Below are positions 24,841-37,154 of a DNA stretch of 64,000 nt, in pieces. The notes beneath the pieces were generated by a model. That model made no database searches. It saw only the letters and a program-made list of their open reading frames with translations, and was not told the DNA's origin. Each line of letters begins with the position of its first letter. Position 1 is the stretch's first letter. Source of the DNA: Octopus vulgaris (lineage: Eukaryota); assembly GCA_951406725.2 (NCBI GenBank), contig OX597831.1, positions 69,316,001 through 69,380,000 of the forward strand, written 5' to 3'. Both the position numbers and the translations under genes were made by a program.

Positions 24841-25677
24841 GTGTGTGTTATTAGCATTAGCATCATCATCACCATTTTAACATATACTTTTCTGTGCTTG
24901 CATCAGATGGATGGAGTATATTGAAGCAGATTTTCTACAGCTGGATGCGCTTCCTCTTTCCAAGCAAGAAAATATTCCCTGAGGCTAAACTTGTTTATGT
25001 AGAATATTGGAAATGAATGAAACTCATTTACAACACTTAATCAATGCCCAGACATGCACACACACACACAGGTGTAGGCATAGCTGTACTGTTAGGAAGC
25101 TTCCCAAATCTCTCTCTCTCTCTCTCTCTGCTTATATATATATATATATATATATAATGTTATATATATATATTTAGATATGTAATCTTAGGTTTAAAAA
25201 ATTCTTTGAGAAGAAACTTTATACATTGAAAAGCAGCAAAACAGTGCGAACTGGTCAGTCAAATATGACTTTCTCCTACTTTTTATTTCTTTGGCAAAAT
25301 ATATTTTGTAAAAAACTCTCTTCTCTCCAATCAGACTTAGAAAGATATGCTTTTTTTTTAGTAAAATTATTTAGTTTAAAACCTTTTTCTGTGAAATCAA
25401 ACTTATAATATAAGTAAAAAAAGAAACAATGATTTTTTTTCAGTAAAACCTTTTTATGAGAAAACAGCCCTAGTATATTTAATTATATATTATTGATAGT
25501 AAAAATATTTATGTTCTATGTGGGAAAATAAAAGTTGTTTTATTTTACAAAAAAATTCTAATACATAAAAAAATTTGGCACATTTTCAAACATTTCTCGT
25601 CATTTTTCATACATATATAAGTATACAAGAAGAGGATCCGGCGTTGTCCGGCAATAAAACAACAGTTTTTTTATTAT

Positions 25678-25935
25678 TTTACTTGCTCAGTCATGTGACG
25701 GTGGCTATACTGGAGCACCATCTTTAGTCGAAGCAATCAACACCAGGATCTATTATTTGTAAGCCAAGTACTTATTCTATCAGTTTGTTTTGCCAAGAGG
25801 CTAAGTTATGGGGATAGAAACACAGCAACATCAGTTGCCAAGCGATGGTTGGAGTACAAACACAGACACAGACACACAAACACACACACACATACATATA
25901 TATATACATTCATACATATATATATATACATATAT
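25678..25935 (-). mobile_element. SINE family A, diverged 3' half
   Basis: TTACTTGCTCAGTCATGTGACGGTGGCTATACTGGAGCACC matches the family A tail. Confidence 0.7.
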
Positions 25936-26936
25936 AATCAAAATAAGCAACAAGAATGACTCCGGTAATTTGGTACGATCATTTCGTACTACATCATTTT
26001 ATTAAATGTTATAAGTATTACAACAGTTTTAAAATGCTGAGCACTCATCAGCCAATTATAGAGGTTTTCCATTAATACAAAAATTTTCATATCAATTGGC
26101 AACATTATAGAGAAGGTAGATATATAGACAAAGATGTAGATTTAAATTTTAAGAACATTTGAGGTAGTGGAGCCCATCAACTGACTGACTAAGATTCAGT
26201 TGTTCCAGACTACTGTAAGGTTCTGAGAGGAAAGGAAAAATGAAAGGAGACAACAAAGATTTTCTAATTATAGAAATGGGGTAATGGGGATGTCATAGCT
26301 CCATATAAGGAATTTATGTAGAAAACAGCATTGTCACAACTAAATGCTAATTACTACTATTTGATGAACAGATTCAGCGTTAGGAGGACTAGGTCAATGT
26401 CAAGTGGTCACAATAACATTCACAGAGAATGCAGAGACCTTACAAACCCTATGCACATCATCACAACAGTTGGTCAATAAGTTCCAAGTACTTTGACACG
26501 TTAGAATAAAGGAAAAAATATAAATCTAAAATTTATTCAATTTGGAGAAAAAGACTATCACTTATTATGAGTAGGCATAGTACTTATTAACTGGGGAAAA
26601 AGCCTTATTAATCAAGTGAACATATTAGGGGTCAAAATATATACTAAGAAAGATGGAAGAGGGAAAATCAAAGAAGGAAGTTATTCATAGGTTTAGTAGG
26701 TGATATTTTATAATATGAAGAGAGGTAATTTAGAAGAGTAGATTATTCAAATTTCATGGATAGTGAGTTGATATTAATGAATTAAAATATAAGATCTGCT
26801 GAAAATAAAATTTACTACCTGTGGATAAAAGTTAATTAGTTAGGTAAAAATATCCTAGGTTAATTATATATTAAGAAATGGGAGTGAGATAATCAAGGTG
26901 AACCGAATAGTTTCTTTAGTTTCTTTAGGGACATAG

Positions 26937-27024
26937 GATTCCTACTATTTGGGATTCCTACTATTTAGTATTCCTACTATTTGGGATTCATACTATTTAG
27001 GATTCCAACTATTTAGATTCATAC
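26937..27024. repeat. 16-bp minisatellite (ATTCCTACTATTTGGG-like), 5-6 copies
   Basis: Seen directly. Confidence 0.85.
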
Positions 27025-27163
27025 AGTTTAATTTTAGAAAAAAGAAGAATTCAATTTTAAGTTTGCAGTGAAGTTTTTTTAAGTCACCTATGAATGTTAA
27101 ATTCCTTCTTATTTGATTATAAAGAATTAAAATTTGAAAAATATAGGAATATCCACAAAATTA

Positions 27164-27529
27164 TTATTTAAAGTATTTAAACGTTTGGGTCGTACAATGT
27201 ATACAAGATACTCCCAGCTCCAAATGGTTATTCAACAGATTTGTATTACTCTGATGTTTTAAAATTTCATATGTTTCCATAGAACAAAGTTGACAACCAT
27301 CCCTACTATTTCTATAAGGTTGCGCTCTTCTTACTATACCCCATTTTAGGTTGATTTCTATATTATTTGTTTTTAGTTCCCAAATTTTGCTAGATAATGT
27401 TGTGCAACCTGCCTTATGTTTGAGCCTAAAAGAGGAAAAATGATTGTTTAGACGTTTTTTTAAATCTACCGAACAACCGAAATAAAGAAAGTTATTGTTT
27501 GAAGTTATTATCGTGCATTTATAAATCAC
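27164..27529 (-). CDS. Penelope-like element GIY-YIG endonuclease domain (open but 5'-truncated)
   Basis: VIYKC...YFG...KKRLNNH..SF...TTLSSKIW.LK...W.I...AQPY....CQLCS.E..EI...LLN....CIH is the pattern of PLE GIY-YIG domains with a C-terminal Cys/His cluster. Confidence 0.8.
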   Translation of the reverse strand: MIYKCTIITSNNNFLYFGCSVDLKKRLNNHFSSFRLKHKAGCTTLSSKIWELKTNNIEINLKWGIVRRAQPYRNSRDGCQLCSMETYEILKHQSNTNLLNNHLELGVSCIHCTTQTFKYFK

Positions 27530-27549
27530 GTTTTGTATATAAATACGTG

Positions 27550-27600
<51 letters not shown>

Positions 27601-27737
27601 TTATATTATATAGAGGGCATTATTACACATAAATGCCACATGCTAGGAGGGACTCTTAAAGTCAAAACTACTAAAATAAATAAACATATCGTACCGAATG
27701 TAACTCTCGAAGCAAGTCATTTAAAAGCAGAATTCAA

Positions 27738-27800
27738 CTGCATATCACCTGTGATTTCGTAATCAGTGCAGTGGTGTGTACTCTTTACTAGTCAGTGCAG
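27738..27800 (-). ncRNA. Type I hammerhead fold, core variant CUGACUA
   Basis: CTGCA-CTGACTA-GTAA...TTAC-GAAA-TCAC-AG-GTGA-TA-TGCAG; all three stems pair. Confidence 0.55.
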
Positions 27801-27999
27801 ACATAATTCATGATTTATAATGAATGAACAAAATCAACATATGAGACGAACAATCATCATATCCAACGTAGTATCTAGAACTGTTCACTCCTTATATATC
27901 TATGTAAATGGCGGGCTTTTTCAAATTGCATTTCGGTAACAACGTGATTATTTGGAATGAAAATTCACAGAAGATGATTACATGTATATGTATATAGAT

Positions 28000-28580
28000 C
28001 TCTAAGAGAAGGTCACCCTAATATTAGATCAGATATGCAGAGAATTGCATATCTGCTGATGTGAGGAAAAAATATCTATGAATGCATCTTAACCTGTTTT
28101 TTACACATGTGTGCCTAAGTTTCTCCCCTCTCCCCACCATACACGAATCTATATGTCAGGTCACTTTTGAGGTCTCTCATTGCGTGCCACTGATAACATG
28201 GAATTTAATACAACTAGTTGCATGGAGGGTCGTTGGCAACTAAACCAAAACCTTCACTAGGCTTGCCTGGTGAGAAGGGTTACCAAAAAACCAGCAGCAC
28301 TAAAAGTAAAACTTGTTAAAAAGATGGCTCAATCTCGTGTAGGTTCAACAATTACCTAGCAACTGTAAAGGCCTTCAGAAATTCTGGATTGGGGTTCGAT
28401 GTGCTTGAAGACCACTGGGAGTGGGGTATCCCTTAGTTTACGTTAAAATATGTCTCTAGGAGAAGGTCACTTTGATATAAAACCATAGATGCCGGGATTG
28501 GCATATCTGCTGATGTGGGGAGTAAAGCATCCATGATTGCATCTTATCCTGTCTTTTACACATTGTTTGTGCTTAATTTT
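28000..28580. repeat. Diverged direct repeats of about 130 bp (28000-28130, 28455-28580)
   Basis: GAGAAGGTCAC...GCATATCTGCTGATGTG...TGCATCTTA.CCTGT.TTTTACACAT occurs twice about 455 bp apart. Confidence 0.7.
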
Positions 28581-28602
28581 CACTCTCTCACTGAATCTAT
28601 AA

Positions 28603-28641
<39 letters not shown>

Positions 28642-28712
28642 TAAATGTTTATGTATGTGTATATATGCATATATATATGTATACATATACATATGCATAT
28701 AAATGCATGTAT

Positions 28713-28751
<39 letters not shown>

Positions 28752-28821
28752 TTATTATTTGAGGGAATAAGATCCAAACTTATAAGGAAAAAAAATTCAA
28801 TTTAGAATAAATCAAATTTCA

Positions 28822-29054
28822 CACAATATAATATTAGAAAAAAACACCTTTTATCAATTCAAAATGAAGAATTAAATTATACCACCTAGAAAATTACATA
28901 TAATAGAAAAGTTAAAATTAAAATAACAATACAATGTAAAGATTAAGTAAATTGCAAAAATAATAATAAAAACGTATATGTAATTTTCTAGATGGTGCAA
29001 TTTAATTGTTCATTTTGAATTGATAAAAGTTGTTTTTTTCTAATTTTATATGTG
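28822..29054. repeat. Fold-back with about 70-bp inverted arms
   Basis: TTAGAAAAAAACACCTTTTATCAATTCAAAATGAA...CTAGAAAATTACATATA versus TATATGTAATTTTCTAG...TTCATTTTGAATTGATAAAAGTTGTTTTTTTCTAA. Confidence 0.8.
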
Positions 29055-31381
29055 TATATATATATATAAATGTGTGTATGTATATATATAGAGAGAGATA
29101 GACACGAGATTATACATGGTATTAAATCAATTATAAAAGATTTTACATAAATGTAAACATAAACATATTTTGGCAAAGAAAAAATTGTCCATATCTGTCT
29201 TTATAGTTGCTTCAAAAATTCTGCCACTGGTTGATGCAATAATGAGTATTATGCAAACAGGCTTACATACTGATGAAATAATATACAAGAAGTAAAATAC
29301 TAATCAAGACATAAACATGAAATATTGATATATTCAAGCTGAAAGCATTGAAGTGCCAAATTTTTTTATTAAAAAGACAAGTGGTAAAATACAATTTTTA
29401 TAGTAATAAACTGATTCTTAAGAGCATAGAAACAGCAATAAAAAGGAGGAGAAAGAGAGGGATAAATAGTGATGAGGTGGGAAGTGCATAAAGAATAAAG
29501 GCTGTGCAATCAAGAGTGAGAACATGGAATGGAGAGTATAGAAAAAAGAAAGGAGGAGAATGAAAACAGTGAAGAACAGGTGAAAAGGCCATGTGTTTCA
29601 TTGGAACCAGACTAATGGAAATGTATCATAATTCTAAGTTTGACAAAAAGAGAGTAGAAAAGGAAGAACAAAGGGAATTCATTATAAGAAAGAAGGGAAG
29701 AAAAAAAAAAGAAAGGGGTGAGCAAATTAGTCCTCCTCTTCTATGTGGGTGACAAAGTAACTTCTTGGCTGCTGTAATACAGAATCCAAGAGTGTAGACA
29801 AGACAGAAGTCAATTGAAAAATTCAAAAATTACAAATTGAGAGACCTGAAAATAAGAAAAACTGATAAAATAAAGAAGAATAAAGGTAAATTAGTAAATG
29901 TAGAAGGAGAGGTTAAAAAGAAACTGATCCTTATATAAACAGGATTTTGAAGAGTTTAAGTTTTAGGAATAAAAGTGTATCATAATTCTAATTAAACCCA
30001 GTTTAATTGTCATCATCATCAACATCATCATCATCATGTGCACTTTTCCATGGTTTGCATAGGTCAAACAATGTTTGTTGAAACAGCTTTTCTATGGCCA
30101 GATGCCCTTCTTGGTGCCTACTATCAGCTATTTCCATGCAAAGCAATATTTTTCCATGGCTAGACATTTTTTATAGAAGACTGGAAATGAACAATATGCT
30201 CAATTACAAACATATACACATGCACTTGTGGATGACAAGCTTCTTTCAGTTTCCATTGACCAAACACACTGAAAAGGCTTCGGTTGGCCAGGGACTACAG
30301 TAAAATACACCTACTCTAGGTGCTGTAAAGGACATGTTTGGGAAGCAAGCTTGTTATCCACACAGCCATACTGATGCCTATATTTGTAGATTAATAAAGA
30401 AGGAAATATAAAAGATAGGATGAAAATGTTAAATCAAGATGCAGATTTATAATTATCAAAAAACAATTTGTGCTTATTGATCCATGGTATAAAGTACACA
30501 GTTTAAAAAAAACACCAAGGCTGCTAGAATGTAAGTGCATTACACTGTTTATTAAAGAGAAGATCCCTCTTTTCACATATCTCATCAGTGGATTGCAATG
30601 TAGTACAGCCAACTTGGTAAGGTCTTCCTGAAGACAGAAGACAGAGAAAAATCCAATAGAAAAGGAAGCCGGAGGAAAAAGAATCACCAACTTTTTATAT
30701 GTGGTTATATATAATGTATAAAAATATCCTCTTGACTTGCACTAAAATGTTTCAAGTTTATTTTGATATTTTGTCAGCTGATTTCTTTTCATCATGATGT
30801 AAGAAAAGCTCATTTTTCTTACATCATAAAGAAAGCTTTGATGAACCATTGAAATAAATATAAAATGCTTTGGTGCTTGTCTAAAGAACATAATATTATG
30901 CATAAAAATGCACTAATGCCAAACCACAATTTCTAATTCACACACACACAGAGTTGTACATATACACGTATCTAGATGGGATATTTAGTATTCACATTGA
31001 TATCAAACAAATCGTACAAGCTGTTGATTGTACATGTTTGAGTTAGAATATAATATAATATAATATATAGAATGAGGATATAACATTCTAAATTGTTTAC
31101 AATAATAACTTGGAAATATTCTTGTTTCAAATTTCTCGCTGTTTCTTGTGAAAGAAGAGAAAATGAACTTATTTTCACTTATTTTCACCTGAAGTGGCAG
31201 AAATGCTATGGTTCTTTATTTAGCTTAACACTTGCTTCAGAAGAGATTAAAAACAGATACTGATGTGAGTGAAAAAATGTAAATAGCTTCACAAGCTACA
31301 AAAGGTTTGTGATTGTAATTGTTATGTAAACAGCCCATAGGTTGTTGGTGTGATAGCTATGTAAGATGTAATAGTAACACA

Positions 31382-31777
31382 TCTTTATATATAAAAGTGA
31401 GGTTGTGTGCTGTCTGTCTCTTACGATTTAGATTCCTAACTACTCCCACATTTTGCGGTGCAGTTTAACCAAAACCGAGTATCTTATAGTCGTGATTCAT
31501 ATCGAGCCCTTCTAGGTATTAGCACGCGTCTACGATGAGTCTACGATTTAAAAAAAAATTTACCATCAATTTTTCCCATTTTTAATGCATTTTTGGCATA
31601 TATAAGGGAAGTAACTCTCTAAAAATTTATTATTAAATCTCAGAATGTAAAAAGCTACAGTAACACCCCCCCTTTGTGGTTAGCCATATTGAGATGGCTA
31701 TTATACTTTACATCTCTAAAAATGCTTATATAGTTATTTCCCTTACAAACCCGAGCAACACCGGGCAATACTGCTAG
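31382..31777 (+). mobile_element. Non-autonomous Helitron
   Basis: 5' TC(TTTATATATAAAA), 3' CCCG..CGGG hairpin then CTAG, inserted between A and T, no TSD. Confidence 0.8.
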
Positions 31778-32384
31778 TTTTTAATAATCTGAAGATACAA
31801 GTTGTAGTGCATCCCTCTGTGTTCTGTGCAAGCTGCATTCCAAGTTGGCTTTATCCTTGCAGAGAAATGAATGTTGTGTAAACTGTATTCAACCTGTCAT
31901 ATCGGAGCCAGATGTGTGCAACTCTCTATTGGCAACATGACTATCTGCAGGTTTGCAGGAACAGTCTGTACAGAAGTACACTAGTGATTTACTACAAAGG
32001 TTCAAATGTAATATGAAAACTTTAACGTGGACAGGTTTCTTTTTTTTTTTTTTTCTTTTTTGTTGTCATAAAACTACAGACAGTCTAAGACAGCACGGCT
32101 TCAAAATTGCAAATTTGCACAAGAAAAATACCAAGAAACTCATCTGCTCACAAAATATTTCTGAATGAAAGCAAAAATTTTGATAATAGAGTTCCTTGAA
32201 TTTGATTAATTTCTTCATATTCCTACATGAAGAATAAAAGGAAATAATGGTAAACTACATATTTATTCTTTCACTAATATTATGACTTGCTCTTCTGTAC
32301 CATTCAAACCAGTGCTTTAACCTTTAGCTACCTAACTGGGGAAACAAAAATATGGTCTGTTTTATAGGAAAATTTTATTATTGT

Positions 32385-32880
32385 CAAGCTGGCAGAATCG
32401 TTACCACTCTAAGCAAAATGCTTACTCTTTTGCTTGTTTCAGTCATTTGACTGTGCCCATGCTGAAGCACTGCCTTTAGTCGAGCAAATTGACCCCAGGA
32501 CTTATTCTTTATAAGCCTAGTACTTATTCTATTGTTCTCTTTTGCCGAACCACTAAGTTATGTTGGGGGGACAAACACATCACAAACACACAAACATACA
32601 CACACATACATACATACATACACACACACATTTATATATCTATTCAGTTTCCGTCTACCAAATCCACTCACAAGGCCCTGCAGTGGGACTGAACCCGGAA
32701 CCATGTGGTTCATAAGCAAGCTACTTACCACACAGCCACTCCTATGCCTACGCTTAGTGGCATTCAGTAGATCTTTATGTTCTGAGTTCAAATAAGTACC
32801 AATAAAATACTGGGGGGTCGATCTAATTGACTTATCTGCTGCCTGAAATTGCTGGCCTTGTGCCAAAATTTGAAGCCAAT
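32385..32880 (+). mobile_element. Old family D-related SINE split by a family A insertion
   Basis: AAGCTGGCAGAATCGTTA...AAAATGCTTA resumes as GCTTAGTGGCATT...TTCTGAGTTCAAAT...GGGGTCGAT. Confidence 0.65.
32425..32749 (-). mobile_element. SINE family A with internal deletions
   Basis: Family A tail and head on minus strand; GCTTA duplicated at the ends. Confidence 0.8.
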
Positions 32881-35290
32881 ATATATTTTGATTATATTTG
32901 TATTGCAAACTCTTTATGTAGATAGTATTGGTTACAATCATCAAGTTACGATAAAGCATGCTATAAATGTTTGAACAGTTGGTTGGAATTATGAAAGAGT
33001 AGGTTACCAAGGTTTCGGATGTATAGACATCCTACAAAGTAAAATCTGTATCATTTATATATTTTAAATGAACAAGTGCATCTTCCAAATTCTAATACAG
33101 ATTTTTACTATTTATTATTTTTTAACATTTATTTTTAAAAATTTACTTTACTAAAAACAATTTCAATTAATAATTTATTCCACTTCCTGGACAACGACTT
33201 AAGCAGATGAATAAATATTCCTTTTACAACTGAGGATGAATAATTGTCTAATGTTACTACATTATCCTAATGTAGGATTTTCAGATTGAACTAAACTTAA
33301 GATTTTATAAAATATTGGCAAAATCTAGTGAAGCATTTCTTTAATGTAATTGGCTTCATTGTAAAGTGAAGAGATTAACTTTCACATGGTTGATTCTTTG
33401 TTCTGTTGTAATTAAACTGGTCATCCAGAACTGATAATAGATCAACATCTTATTTTCACTTTGCTAAATTGAAATGAATGCTATGTAAAGAGATTTTCAA
33501 GTTTCTTTCAGGTCTTTACCCGTGTAGGATGGGCTTAAGGTGAAAGTTTCATTGCTGCTTTTAATTCTGTTATTCATTTCAAGTGGCTGAGTAATTGGGA
33601 GAATATCACAACAGATGTTTGTTAAAAAAAAAAAAGAAGGAATATTGTGTAAAGTGTTATTGCTAACTTTTTTAATTAATTAAAATATTGAACTCAAACA
33701 TTGGTTTAACGGCAAACACATTTTAAACAAATTAATAGAAATTAAATGAAAAGAAATTAATGATTGAAGTTTTTAACCTGTAACAGTAATTTCCTATTTT
33801 TGCTTTATTATTACTGACAGCTACGTTCACAACAATATTTTTCTCCCCTAATATTAAATGAAAACTCTTTTAGGCTAGAAAATATTAGGGACTAATATTC
33901 TAACCTTAATATTTTATATGTCACTTATCTATCCATAGATGATTAAAAAATAAAAACAATTGTTTCAATTAAATCAAGTTTTTTTCTTCAAGTTGTTTTG
34001 TATATTGCCGTATGGAAGGATGATTTCCTGGCAAAAAATGTTTATAAAAGGAATAATGTTTAATTGATCTCTTACACCAGTTATTTGTTGGTGTAGGAGA
34101 TTAAATCCTTTTGCTATATTAGTTGTAATCTGAAGAAAAATTTGGGGATACTTTCGCTTGCAAGCTCCGTGCCACACTTCTTTCACTGTAGGCTAGAGAG
34201 AGAAGTTGTATAGTTGATCGATTTACAAAAAATAACTGACAAATCTCACTCAAATCACGCTTTTCTGTATTAAAAGCAGAAAAGACTTCCAGGATATATA
34301 GTACTAGATACACATAAAATGATGACAGATGGGATGCTTTTGATCATAGGTCTACTTGATTAAGTTTCACTTTAGGTTAAACAACATTGTCTTCCTATAA
34401 TGTTAATTGATCAGGAAGCTGTTATTTTTACCTTTCTATTTAACATCAAAACTTCACCTAGCATTCTACTTAACACCTTTGTTCATGTCATCCACAATAA
34501 AGATAAAATGAGTATAACTACAGTGTTGTTTAAACTATGATCTCAGAATTAATTTAGGAGAACTTTCATGTTATTATGAAAGTGTAAATTATTTTCACAA
34601 CATCTAATCATTTAGCTGGTACCTCAACATCACAACTCTATGAAAACTAAAGTGACTGAGATTATTCAACGACTTTATTCAAGTCATTTAGTTAACCCAA
34701 AATTGTTAATTAATTAGTTATTAGTTAATGCTTACAAGGGATGAAATTTTTTCAAAAGAACTTCATTAGAGGTCTGTAAGCATTACAAAGAGAAATTTGA
34801 GGAATGTTCACTTCAGTCTCATTGAATCCTCTTGTAATTGTTGACCACTTGATCTTTATGAACAATCACATCTAAACCTGTAAACAAAGGTTTTTTATTC
34901 TTTAGCGATTGTATTGGCTATTTCATTGGTCTAAAGCTATGCCAAGTACTGTTATCTGGCGGTTTTAGCCAATTAGTTCAACTTTAATATTTAGTATGAT
35001 GGGCATTTTATCAAATGATTCAGTCCACTGGATTACGTGCACACACACACACTCACACACACACACACACACGTGCACACACACATTCACACATTCACAA
35101 TACACACAAACATACCCACACACATTTTATTAAAAAACAATCCAGTTTCAGCAATAATGGCTAAAGATAAATATATGATTTTTTTCTATTCCTTAATTGA
35201 TAGATTGCTTTATCTTTCATTTTGATTTAGTGAAATTCCATTTCAGTTTGTTTCACTTTTATAGAGAAAGAATACCAATTGCCAAGTTAT

Positions 35291-35334
<44 letters not shown>

Positions 35335-35335
<1 letters not shown>

Positions 35336-35622
35336 CATCATCGTTTAATGTCCGCTCACCATGCTAGCATGGGTTGGACAGTTCAACTGGGGTCTGGGAA
35401 GCCAGAAAGCTGCACCAGGCCCAGTCTGATCTGGGTGTGTTTCTACAGCTGGATGCCCTTCCTAACGCTAACCACTCCGTGAGTGTAGTGGGTGCTTTTT
35501 ACGTGCCACCGGGACAGGTGCCAGACGAGGCTGGCAAATGGCCACAATTAGATGGTGCTTTTTTATGTGCCACTGGCACGGGGGCCAGACGAGTCTGGCA
35601 ATGGCCACAATTGGATGGTGCT
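35335..35622 (-). mobile_element. SINE-like family C
   Basis: Highly similar to 18-326. Confidence 0.8.
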
Positions 35623-35632
35623 ATATATATAT

Positions 35633-36400
35633 AAGATTGTTCTTTATATCAAGTTTTGTTCCTGATATTAACTTTGATGCGCACTCTTAACCTTTCTGTC
35701 CCATCCCTTTCTCAGCCTTCATTCTTTGATTTCCTTTTCCTCTACTTAACTTGTCTCTTCCTCTCTCTCATTCTTCACTCTCTCTCTCTCTCTCCCTCTT
35801 CCTTCTTCATGGTTCCCTCACAGCCATTCCCCCGCTTCTCTCCCTTTCTCTTGCTCCTCCTCCCCCCTCCCGTTGTTGACCCGCGACGTGACTTCCGCTG
35901 CTGTCTTTCTGGCCTGGCCCTCTCAAGGTATGGACGACATTCTTTCTGCTCTGCTCGTCGTTCATAAAAAAATCCGCGTTCGCAATACTTTTTTCCGTTC
36001 GACGTTAACAGCCCTCCTTATCTTGTTTTTCCTTGTCCTGTCTTTTACTGTTTATAATTTGTACTGTTGTTACCGTCCTGTTTTTGTTACCATTTTTTAC
36101 CCCTCTGCGAAAAGATCTCAGAATTTTAATTGATTTGCTTTTCGCAGGAAGGAAAGTTTCTTGTCGAAGATACGTCTCGCATTCACCTTCGAAACGTAGA
36201 GTAGATGAAACCATAGCGACTGAAGAAGGGTTTTTTTCTTTGTGTTAATTGTCCTGTACTCTATATTTTTGTTGTTGTTTAAAAAAATGTCCAGTTCCTT
36301 GGTTTGTGTCTATGTTTTCGTTTCTCATTGTGTTCGACGTCCTTTTGGTGTCCTGTACTCATATATGCGTGTATATGTACATGTAGAGGTAGGTACGTAC
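35633..36400 (+). mobile_element. CpG-rich non-coding element between (TA)n tracts, probable Penelope-associated terminal repeat
   Basis: Distinct CpG-rich composition, TA flanks, hammerhead-like 3' core CCTTC-GAAA-CGTA-GAG. Confidence 0.45.
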
Positions 36401-36436
36401 ATATATGTTTATATATATGCATATGTTTATTTATTA

Positions 36437-36469
<33 letters not shown>

Positions 36470-36758
36470 TATACACATATATCATAATTTCATGGCATCC
36501 AATTTATGTGGTTACCAAATGGTTTCATTATACCCACATATCTCTATACATCCAGTGCCCCATTTTGATTTATTTAGACAACCACCACCTCATACACAAT
36601 GGTTGTTTTCTGTGTTGTATTGATGTTTTAGTCACTGCATACTAGATCACCGTCTAAAAAAGACCAGTTCCAGAGGTGAATGGAATTAAGAGGTAAACAT
36701 ATACTTTTTGGTTTTGGTTTGTGCCCTCTCATCCATGAAATTAGTTCTGGTTTTCTGC

Positions 36759-37094
36759 AAAGTGAGAGAGGAGAGACAGAGAGGAAGTGAGAGAGAGAGA
36801 GAGAGAGTGAGTGAGTGATGACTGAAACGAAGATGGCGTTCCTTTTTTGTTTTTAGATGTTTATCAGTATTTTCAGAGTAGACTGATACATACATCGAAA
36901 GAAAAGTAGATACATACATACACACATTGTTAAATCAAAAGTGGGAGAGAGGAGAGACAGAAAGGAAGTGAGACAGAAAGAGAGACAATGAGTGGTGACT
37001 GAAAGGAAGGTGGCGTTCGTTTTGTGGGTTTTTAAATGTTTATCAATATTTGCAGAGTAGACTGATACATACATAGACACATGGTTAAATCAAA
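36759..37094. repeat. Tandem duplication, 155-180 bp unit x2
   Basis: GAGAGAGGAGAGACAGA.AGGAAGTGAGA...CAGAGTAGACTGATACATACAT...GTTAAATCAAA occurs twice. Confidence 0.85.
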
Positions 37095-37154
37095 GACAAA
37101 TAACTGCAGCAAATATTGGTTGTCACTTTCACTTTTCATTATGACACAAGGATA

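Larger units (their letters stand above)
25936..27540 (-). mobile_element. Penelope-like element, 5'-truncated, between (TA)n tracts
   Basis: GIY-YIG ORF plus about 1.2 kb downstream non-coding region ending at a TA microsatellite; degenerate CTGATGA hairpin near 26030-26052. Confidence 0.65.

Noticed and set aside
25620-25655. Helitron-like 3' hairpin on minus strand
   Set aside because: Terminus is not CTRR and no matching 5' end found
26937-27024. CRISPR-like periodic repeat
   Set aside because: Head-to-tail 16-mers without spacers; eukaryotic context
30535-30595. CTGATGA with downstream hairpin on minus strand
   Set aside because: GAAA and stem I cannot be placed consistently
34726-34785. 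SECIS or known miRNA
   Set aside because: No GA quartet partner, asymmetric internal loop, no recognised mature miRNA
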